Both the position numbers and the translations under genes were made by a program. Shown piece after piece: positions 1 through 10,600 of a stretch of 64,000 bases of DNA; position 1 is the stretch's first letter, and every line of letters begins with the position of its first letter. The DNA is from Eledone cirrhosa (lineage: Eukaryota). The notes under the pieces are model-generated. The model ran no database searches, was not told the origin of the DNA, and worked only from the letters and a program-made list of their open reading frames with translations. The DNA lies in the NCBI GenBank assembly GCA_964016885.1, contig OZ024741.1, positions 209,436,001 through 209,500,000 of the forward strand, in the 5' to 3' direction.

Positions 1-140
1 ATTTTCAGGACGATATCTCCGTAAAATCAAGAGTTGATAACCCCAACTTGACTTAACCGCAACTTAACTTAACCGCAACCTAACTTAACACTAACTTAAC
101 TTAACCGCAACTTAACTTAACCGCAACTTAGCTTAACCCC

Positions 141-420
141 AACCCTTGGTGGGATCGATCTGTAATTACTGGTACATGTGCAGACACTCATTGGTTGTGT
201 GTGGCCTGATTTTCAGAAAGATATCTCCGTAAAATAACGAGTGGTGGCTGCGTAAAATAATGAATTACGCACGAAAATGAGAAAATTTCGATTCTCGATC
301 GTGGGCCGGCCGGATGTCGGATCGATTCGTAAATACAAGGATAATGTGCGGACACTCCTTGCCTGTGTGCCGCATGATTTTCAGGACGATATCTCCGTAA
401 AATCAAGAGTTGATAACCCC
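141..420. repeat. Representative ~280-bp complex core of the monomer
   Basis: Non-simple sequence between two minisatellite tracts. Its length is invariant in the copies checked, and I counted about 18 CpGs in it. Confidence 0.95.
152..410 (+). repeat. Diverged internal direct repeat inside the core (152-242 vs 319-410, spacing 167-168 bp)
   Basis: Consensus ATGTGCAGACACTCATTGGCTGTGTGTGGCCTGATTTTCAGAAAGATATCTCCGTAAAATAACGAGT vs ATGTGCGGACACTCCTTGGCTGTGTGCGGCATGATTTTCAGGACGATATCTCCGTAAAATCAAGAGT: 59/67 identical and ungapped. Both are preceded by GGATCGAT..GTAA.TAC. Confidence 0.95.
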
Positions 421-660
421 AACTTAACTTAACCCCAACTTAACTTAACCGCAACTTAACTTAACCGCAACCTAACTTAACCCCAACTTAACTTAACCGC
501 AACCTAACTTAACCCCAACTTAACTTAACCGCAACTTAACTTAACCCCAACCTAACTTAACCCCAACTTAACTTAACCGCAACTTAACTTAACCGCAACC
601 TAACTTAACCCCAACTTAACTTAACCGCAACTTAACTTAACCGCAACTTAGCTTAACCCC
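421..660. repeat. Representative 240-bp minisatellite tract: 15 x 16-bp units in a fixed variant order
   Basis: With a=AACTTAACTTAACCCC, b=AACTTAACTTAACCGC, c=AACCTAACTTAACCCC and e=AACTTAGCTTAACCCC, 421-660 reads a b b c b c b a c b b c b b e. The same order recurs in the other 520-bp monomers apart from point variants. Confidence 0.97.
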
Positions 661-3244
661 AACCCTTGGTGGGATCGATCTGTAATTACTGGTACATGTG
701 CAGACACTCATTGGCTGTGTGTGGCCTGATTTTCAGAAAGATATCTCCGTAAAATAACGAGTGGTGGCTGCGTAAAATAATGAATTACGCACGAAAATGA
801 GAAAATTTCGATTCTCGATCGTGGGCCGGCCGGATGTCGGATCGATTCGTAAATACAAGGATAATGTGCGGACACTCCTTGGCTGTGTGCGGCATGATTT
901 TCAGGACGATATCTCCGTAAAATCAAGCGTTGATAACCCCAACTTAACTTAACCCCAACTTAACTTAACCGCAACTTAACTTAACCGCAACCTAACTTAA
1001 CCCCAACTTAACTTAACCGCAACCTAACTTAACCCCAACTTAACTTAACCGCAACTTAACTTAACCCCAACCTAACTTAACCCCAACTTAACTTAACCGC
1101 AACTTAACTTAACCGCAACCTAACTTAACCCTAACTTAACTTAACCGCAACTTAACTTAACCGCAACTTAGCTTAACCCCAACCCTTGGTGGGATCGATC
1201 TGTAATTACTGGTACATGTGCAGACACTCATTGGCTGTGTGTGGCCTGATTTTCAGAAAGATGTCTCCGTAAAATAACGAGTGGTGGCTGCGTAAATTAA
1301 TGAATTACGCACGAAAATGAGAAAATTTCGATTCTCGATCGTGGGCCGGCCGGATGTCGGATCGATTCGTAAATACAATGATAATGTGCGGACACTCCTT
1401 GCCTGTGTGCCGCATGATTTTCAGGACGATATCTCCGTAAAATCAAGAGTTGATAACCCCAACTTAACTTAACCCCAACTTAACTTAACCGCAACTTAAC
1501 TTAACCGCAACCTAACTTAACCCCAACTTAACTTAACCGCAACCTAACTTAACCCCAACTTAACTTAACCGCAACTTAACTTAACCCCAACCTAACTTAA
1601 CCCCAAATTAACTTAACCGCAACTTAACTTAACCGCAACCTAACTTAACCCCAACTTAACTTAACCGCAACTTAACTTAACCGCAACTTAGCTTAACCCC
1701 AACCCTTGGTGGGATCGATCTGTAATTACTGGTACATGTGCAGACACTCATTGGCTGTGTGTGGCCTGATTTTCAGAAAGATATCTCCGTAAAATAACGA
1801 GTGGTGGCTGCGTAAAATAATGAATTACGCACGAAAATGAGAAAATTTCTATTCTCGATCGTGGGCCGGCCGGATGTCGGATCGATTCGTAAATACAAGG
1901 ATAATGTGCGGACACTCCTTGGCTGTGTGCGGCATGATTTTCAGGACGATATCTCCGTAAAATCAAGAGTTGATAACCCCAACTTAACTTAACCCCAACT
2001 TAACTTAACCGCAACTTAACTTAACCGCAACCTAACTTAACCCCAACTTAACTTAACCGCAACCTAACTTAACCCCAACTTAACTTAACCGCAACTTAAC
2101 TTAACCCCAACCTAAATTAACTCCAACTTAACTTAACCGCAACTTAACTTAACCGCAACCTAACTTAACCCCAACTTAATTTAACCGCAACTTAACTTAA
2201 CCGCAACTTAGCTTAACCCCAGCCCTTGGTGGGATCGATCTGTAATTACTGGTACATGTGCAGACACTCATTGGCTGTGTGTGGCCTGATTTTCAGAAAG
2301 ATATCTCCGTAAAATAACGAGTGGTGGCTGCGTAAAATAATGAATTACGCACGAAAATGAGAAAATTTCGATTCTCGATCGTGGGCCGGCCGGATGTCGC
2401 ATCGATTCGTAAATAGAAGGATAATGTGCGGACACTCCTTGGCTGTGTGCGGCATGATTTTCAGGACGATATTTCCGTAAAATCAAGAGTTGATAACCCC
2501 AACTTAACTTAACCCCAACTTAACTTAACCCCAACTTAACTTAACCCCAACTTAACTTAACCGCAACTTAACTTAACCCCAACTTAACTTAACCCCAACC
2601 TAACTTAACCACAACTTAACTTAACCCCAACTTAACTTAACCGCAACTTAACTTAACCGCAACCTAACTTAACCCTAACTTAACTTAACCGCAACTTAAC
2701 TTAACCGCAACTTAGCTTAACCCCAACCCTTGGTGGGATCGATCTGTAATTACTGGTACATGTGCAGACACTCATTGGCTGTGTGTGGCCTGATTTTCAG
2801 AAAGATATCTCCGTAAAATAACGAGTGGTGGCTGCGTAAATTAATGAATTACGCACGAAAATGAGAAAATTTCGATTCTCGATCGTGGGCCGGCCGGATG
2901 TCGGATCGATTCGTAAATACAAGGATAATGTGCGGACACTCCTTGCCTGTGTGCCGCATGATTTTCAGGACGATATCTCCGTAAAATCAAGAGTTGATAA
3001 CCCCAACTTAACTTAACCCCAACTTAACTTAACCGCAACTTAACTTAACCGCAACCTAACTTAACCCCAACTTAACTTAACCGCAACCTAACTTAACCCC
3101 AACTTAACTTAACCGCAACTTAACTTAACCCCAACCTAACTTAACCCCAACTTAACTTAACCGCAACTTAACTTAACCGCAACCTAACTTAACCCCAACT
3201 TAACTTAACCGCAACTTAACTTAACCGCAACTTAGCTTAACCCC

Positions 3245-3620
3245 AACCCTTGGTGGGATCGATCTGTAATTACTGGTACATGTGCAGACACTCATTGGCT
3301 GTGTGTGGCCTGATTTTCAGAAAGATATCTCCGTAAAATAACGAGTGGTGGCTGCGTAAAATAATGAATTACGCACGAAAATGAGAAAATTTCGATTCTC
3401 GATCGTGGGCCGGCCGGATGTCGGATCGATTCGTAAATACAAGGATAATGTGCGGACACTCCTTGGCTGTGTGCGGCATGATTTTCAGGACGATATCTCC
3501 GTAAAATCAAGAGTTGATAACCCCAACTTAACTTAACCGCAACTTAACTTAACCGCAACCTAACTTAACTCTAACTTAACTTAACCGCAACTTAACTTAA
3601 CCGCAACTTAGCTTAACCCC
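3245..3620. repeat. Representative short (376-bp) monomer with only 6 minisatellite units
   Basis: Anchor spacing is 376 = 520 - 9x16, and the tract reads b b c b b e (last six units). Ten such tracts start at about 45, 3525, 7557, 14205, 28273, 30209, 35817, 51969, 57577 and 63679. Confidence 0.93.
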
Positions 3621-4644
3621 AACCCTTGGTGGGATCGATCTGTAATTACTGGTACATGTGCAGACACTCATTGGCTGTGTGTGGCCTGATTTTCAGAAAG
3701 ATATCTCCGTAAAATAACGAGTGGTGGCTGCGTAAAATAATGAATTACGTACGAAAATGAGAAAATTTCGATTCTCGATCGTGGGCCGGCCGGATGTCGG
3801 ATCGATTCGTAAATACAAGGATAATGTGCGGACACTCCTTGCCTGTGTGCCGCATGATTTTCAGGACGATATCTCCGTAAAATCAAGAGTTGATAACCCC
3901 AACTTAACTTAACCCCAACTTAACTTAACCGCAACTTTACTTAACCGCAACCTAACTTAACCCCAACTTAACTTAACCGCAACCTAACTTAACCCCAACT
4001 TAACTTAACCCCAACCTAACTTAACCCCAACTTAACTTAACCGCAACTTAACTTAACCGCAACCTAACTTAAACCCAACTTAACTTAACCGCAACTTAAC
4101 TTAACCGCAACTTAGCTTAACCCCAACCCTTGGTGGGATCGATCTGTAATTACTGGTACATGTGCAGACACTCATTGGCTGTGTGTGGCCTGATTTTCAG
4201 AAAGATATCTCCGTAAAATAACGAGTGGTGGCTGCGTAAAATAATGAATTACGCACGAAAATGAGAAAATTTCGATTCTCGATCGTGGGCCGGCCGGATG
4301 TCGGATCGATTCGTAAATACAAGGATAATGTGCGGACACTCCTTGGCTGTGTGCGGCATGATTTTCAGGACGATATCTCCGTAAAATCAAGAGTTGATAA
4401 CCCCAACTTAACTTAACCCCAACTTAACTTAACCGCAACTTAACTTAACCGCAACCTAACTTAACCCCAACTTAACTTAACCGCAACCTAACTTAACCCC
4501 AACTTAACTTAACCGCAACTTAACTTAACCCCAACCTAACTTAACCCCAACTTAACTTAACCGCAACTTAACTTAACCGCAACCTAACTTAACCCCAACT
4601 TAACTTAACCGCAACTTAACTTAACCGCAACTTAGCTTAACCCC

Positions 4645-7600
4645 AACCCTTGGTGGGATCGATCTGTAATTACTGGTATATGTGCAGACACTCATTGGCT
4701 GTGTGTGGCCTGATTTTCAGAAAGATATCTCCGTAAAATAACGAGTGGTGGCTGCGTAAAATAATGAATTACGCACGAAAATGAGAAAATTTCGATTCTC
4801 GATCGTGGGCCGGCCGGATGTCGGATCGATTCGTAAATACAAGGATAATGTGCGGACACTCCTTGGCTGTGTGCGGCATGATTTTCAGGACGATATCTCC
4901 GTAAAATCAAGAGTTGATAACCCCAACTTAACTTAACCCCAACTTAACTTAACCGCAACTTAACTTAACCGCAACCTAACTTAACCCCAACTTCACTTAA
5001 CCGCAACCTAACTTAACCCCAACTTAACTTAACCGCAACTTAACTTAACCCCAACCTAAATTAACTCCAACTTAACTTAACCGCAACTTAACTTAACCGC
5101 AACCTAACTTAACCCCAACTTAATTTAACCGCAACTTAACTTAACCGCAACTTAGCTTAACCCCAGCCCTTGGTGGGATCGATCTGTAATTACTGGTACA
5201 TGTGCAGACACTCATTGGCTGTGTGTGGCCTGATTTTCAGAAAGATATCTCCGTAAAATAACGAGTGGTGGCTGCGTAAAATAATGAATTACGCACGAAA
5301 ATGAGAAAATTTCGATTCTCGATCGTGGGCCGGCCGGATGTCGCATCGATTCGTAAATAGAAGGATAATGTGCGGACACTCCTTGGCTGTGTGCGGCATG
5401 ATTTTCAGGACGATATTTCCGTAAAATCAAGAGTTGATAACCCCAACTTAACTTAACCCCAACTTAACTTAACCCCAACTTAACTTAACCCCAACTTAAC
5501 TTAACCGCAACTTAACTTAACCGCAACCTAACTTAACCCCAACTTAACTTAACCGCAACCTAACTTAACCACAACTTAACTTAACCGCAACTTAACTTAA
5601 CCCCAACCTAACTTAACCCCAACTTAACTTAACCGCAACTTAACTTAACCGCAACCTAACTTAACCCCAACTTAACTTAACCGCAACTTAACTTAACCGC
5701 AACTTAGCTTAACCCCAACCCTTGGTGGGATCGATCTGTAATTACTGGTACATGTGCAGACACTCATTGGCTGTGTGTGGCCTGATTTTCAGAAAGATAT
5801 CTCCGTAAAATAACGAGTGGTGGCTGCGTAAAATAATGAATTACACACGAAAATGAGAAAATTTCGATTCTCGATCGTGGGCCGGCCGGATGTCGGATCG
5901 ATTCGTAAATACAAGGATAATGTGCGGACACTCCTTGGCTGTGTGCGGCATGATTTTCAGGACGATATCTCCGTAAAATCAAGAGTTGATAACCCCAACT
6001 TAACTTAACCCCAACTTAACTTAACCGCAACTTAACTTAACCGCAACCTAACTTAACCCCAACTTAACTTAACCGCAACCTAACTTAACCCCAACTTAGC
6101 TTAACCGCAACTTAACTTAACCCCAACCTAACTTAACCCCAACTTAAATTAACCGCAACTTAACTTAACCGCAACCTAACTTAACCCCAACTTAACTTAA
6201 CCGCAACTTAACTTAACCGCAACTTAGCTTAACCCCAACCCTTGGTGGGATCGATCTGTAATTACTGGTACATGTGCAGACACTCATTGGCTGTGTGTGG
6301 CCTGATTTTCAGAAAGATATCTCCGTAAAATAACGAGTGGTGGCTGCGTAAAATAATGAATTACGCACGAAAATGAGAAAATTTCGATTCTCGATTGTGG
6401 GCCGGCCGGATGTCGGATCGATTCGTAAATACAAGGATAATGTGCGGACACTCCTTGGCTGTGTGCGGCATGATTTTCAGGACGATATCTCCGTAAAATC
6501 AAGAGTTGATAACCCCAACTTAACTTAACCCCAACTTAACTTAACCGCAACTTAACTTAACCGCAACCTAACTTAACCCCAACTTAACTTAACCGCAACC
6601 TAACTTAACCCCAACTTAACTTAACCGCAACTTAACTTAACCCCAACCTAACTTAACCCCAACTTAACTTAACCGCAACTTAACTTAACCGCAACCTAAC
6701 TTAACCCTAACTTAACTTAACCGCAACTTAACTTAACCGCAACTTAGCTTAACCCCAACCCTTGGTGGGATCGATCTGTAATTACTGGTACATGTGCAGA
6801 CACTCATTGGCTGTGTGTGGCCTGATTTTCAGAAAGATATCTCCGTAAAATAACGAGTGGTGGCTGCGTAAATTAATGAATTACGCACGAAAATGAGAAA
6901 ATTTCGATTCTCGATCGTGGGCCGGCCGGATGTCGGATCGATTCGTAAATACAAGGATAATGTGCGGACACTCCTTGCCTGTGTGCCGCATGATTTTCAG
7001 GACGATATCTCCGTAAAATCAAGAGTTGATAACCCCAACTTAACTTAACCCCAACTTAACTTAACCGCAACTTAACTTAACCGCAACCTAACTTAACCCC
7101 AACTTAACTTAACCGCAACCTAACTTAACCCCAACTTAACTTAACCGCAACTTAACTTAACCCCAACCTAACTTAACCCCAACTTAACTTAACCGCAACT
7201 TAACTTAACCGCAACCTAACTTAACCCCAACTTAACTTAACCGCAACTTAACTTAACCGCAACTTAGCTTAACCCCAACCCTTGGTGGGATCGATCTGTA
7301 ATTACTGGTACATGTGCAGACACTCATTGGCTGTGTGTGGCCTGATTTTCAGAAAGATATCTCCGTAAAATAACGAGTGGTGGCTGCGTAAAATAATGAA
7401 TTACGCACGAAAATGAGAAAATTTCGATTCTCGATCGTGGGCCGGCCGGATGTCGGATCGATTCGTAAATACAAGGATAATGTGCGGACACTCCTTGGCT
7501 GTGTGCGGCATGATTTTCAGGACGATATCTCCGTGAAATCAAGAGTTGATAACCCCAACTTGACTTAACCGCAACTTAACTTAACCGCAACCTAACTTAA

Positions 7601-10600
7601 CACTAACTTAACTTAACCGCAACTTAACTTAACCGCAACTTAGCTTAACCCCAACCCTTGGTGGGATCGATCTGTAATTACTGGTACATGTGCAGACACT
7701 CATTGGCTGTGTGTGGCCTGATTTTCAGAAAGATATCTCCGTAAAATAACGAGTGGTGGCTGCGTAAAATAATGAATTACGCACGAAAATGAGAAAATTT
7801 CGATTCTCGATCGTGGGCCGGCCGGATGTCGGATCGATTCGTAAATACAAGGATAATGTGCGGACACTCCTTGCCTGTGTGCCGCATGATTTTCAGGACG
7901 ATATCTCCGTAAAATCAAGAGTTGATAACCCCAACTTAACTTAACCCCAACTTAACTTAACCGCAACTTAACTTAACCGCAACCTAACTTAACCCCAACT
8001 TAACTTAACCGCAACCTAACTTAACCCCAACTTAACTTAACCGCAACTTAACTTAACCCCAACCTAACTTAACCCCAACTTAACTTAACCGCAACTTAAC
8101 TTAACCGCAACCTAACTTAACCCCAACTTAACTTAACCGCAACTTAACTTAACCGCAACTTAGCTTAACCCCAACCCTTGGTGGGATCGATCTGTAATTA
8201 CTGGTACATGTGCAGAGACTCATTGGCTGTGTGTGGCCTGATTTTCAGAAAGATATCTCCGTAAAATAACGAGTGGTGGCTGCGTAAAATAATGAATTAC
8301 GCACGAAAATGAGAAAATTTCGATTCTCGATCGTGGGCCGGCCGGATGTCGGATCGATTCGTAAATACAAGGATAATGTGCGGACACTCCTTGGCTGTGT
8401 GCGGCATGATTTTCAGGACGATATCTCCGTAAAATCAAGCGTTGATAACCCCAACTTAACTTAACCCCAACTTAACTTAACCGCAACTTAACTTAACCGC
8501 AACCTAACTTAACCCCAACTTAACTTAACCGCAACCTAACTTAACCCCAACTTAACTTAACCGCAACTTAACTTAACCCCAACCTAACTTAACCCCAACT
8601 TAACTTAACCGCAACTTAACTTAACCGCAACCTAACTTAACCCTAACTTAACTTAACCGCAACTTAACTTAACCGCAACTTAGCTTAACCCCAACCCTTG
8701 GTGGGATCGATCTGTAATTACTGGTACATGTGCAGACACTCATTGGCTGTGTGTGGCCTGATTTTCAGAAAGATGTCTCCGTAAAATAACGAGTGGTGGC
8801 TGCGTAAATTAATGAATTACGCACGAAAATGAGAAAATTTCGATTCTCGATCGTGGGCCGGCCGGATGTCGGATCGATTCGTAAATACAATGATAATGTG
8901 CGGACACTCCTTGCCTGTGTGCCGCATGATTTTCAGGACGATATCTCCGTAAAATCAAGAGTTGATAACCCCAACTTAACTTAACCCCAACTTAACTTAA
9001 CCGCAACTTAACTTAACCGCAACCTAACTTAACCCCAACTTAACTTAACCGCAACCTAACTTAACCCCAACTTAACTTAACCGCAACTTAACTTAACCCC
9101 AACCTAACTTAACCCCAACTTAACTTAACCGCAACTTAACTTAACCGCAACCTAACTTAACCCCAACTTAACTTAACCGCAACTTAACTTAACCGCAACT
9201 TAGCTTAACCCCAACCCTTGGTGGGATCGATCTGTAATTACTGGTACATGTGCAGACACTCATTGGCTGTGTGTGGCCTGATTTTCAGAAAGATATCTCC
9301 GTAAAATAACGAGTGGTGGCTGCGTAAAATAATGAATTACGCACGAAAATGAGAAAATTTCTATTCTCGATCGTGGGCCGGCCGGATGTCGGATCGATTC
9401 GTAAATACAAGGATAATGTGCGGACACTCCTTGGCTGTGTGCGGCATGATTTTCAGGACGATATCTCCGTAAAATCAAGAGTTGATAACCCCAACTTAAC
9501 TTAACCCCAACTTAACTTAACCGCAACTTAACTTAACCGCAACCTAACTTAACCCCAACTTAACTTAACCGCAACCTAACTTAACCCCAACTTAACTTAA
9601 CCGCAACTTAACTTAACCCCAACCTAACTTAACCCCAACTTAACTTAACCGCAACTTAACTTAACCGCAACCTAACTTAACCCCAACTTAACTTAACCGC
9701 AACTTAACTTAACCGCAACTTAGCTTAACCCCAACCCTTGGTGGGATCGATCTGTAATTACTGGTACATGTGCAGACACTCATTGGCTGTGTGTGGCCTG
9801 ATTTTCAGAAAGATGTCTCCGTAAAATAACGAGTGGTGGCTGCGTAAATTAATGAATTACGCACGAAAATGAGAAAATTTCGATTCTCGATCGTGGGCCG
9901 GCCGGATGTCGGATCGATTCGTAAATACAATGATAATGTGCGGACACTCCTTGCCTGTGTGCCGCATGATTTTCAGGACGATATCTCCGTAAAATCAAGA
10001 GTTGATAACCCCAACTTAACTTAACCCCAACTTAACTTAACCGCAACTTAACTTAACCGCAACCTAACTTAACCCCAACTTAACTTAACCGCAACCTAAC
10101 TTAACCCCAACTTAACTTAACCGCAACTTAACTTAACCCCAACCTAACTTAACCCCAACTTAACTTAACCGCAACTTAACTTAACCGCAACCTAACTTAA
10201 CCCCAACTTAACTTAACCGCAACTTAACTTAACCGCAACTTAGCTTAACCCCAACCCTTGGTGGGATCGATCTGTAATTACTGGTACATGTGCAGACACT
10301 CATTGGCTGTGTGTGGCCTGATTTTCAGAAAGATATCTCCGTAAAATAACGAGTGGTGGCTGCGTAAAATAATGAATTACGCACGAAAATGAGAAAATTT
10401 CTATTCTCGATCGTGGGCCGGCCGGATGTCGGATCGATTCGTAAATACAAGGATAATGTGCGGACACTCCTTGGCTGTGTGCGGCATGATTTTCAGGACG
10501 ATATCTCCGTAAAATCAAGAGTTGATAACCCCAACTTAACTTAACCCCAACTTAACTTAACCGCAACTTAACTTAACCGCAACCTAACTTAACCCCAACT

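Noticed and set aside
243-307. tRNA/SINE-like Pol III promoter (TGGCTGCGTAA as box A, TTTCGATTC as box B)
   Set aside because: Both boxes miss conserved positions, the TTCGATT loop lacks a properly adjacent 5-bp T-stem, and I could not fold a cloverleaf. tRNAscan-SE or Infernal would settle it.
141-660. 5S rDNA, snRNA, spliced-leader or rDNA spacer tandem unit
   Set aside because: I recognise no 5S, U-snRNA, SL or rRNA sequence on either strand. An Rfam search would be needed to exclude a divergent ncRNA formally.
421-660. Active telomerase-synthesised telomere tract
   Set aside because: The tracts are short, internal and have the same variant order in every monomer, which indicates block copying. 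Only a telomeric origin is proposed.
421-660. Dense TTAA sites as piggyBac targets or footprints
   Set aside because: TTAA is intrinsic to the AACTT pentamer repeat, and no terminal inverted repeats or insertions are present in the window.
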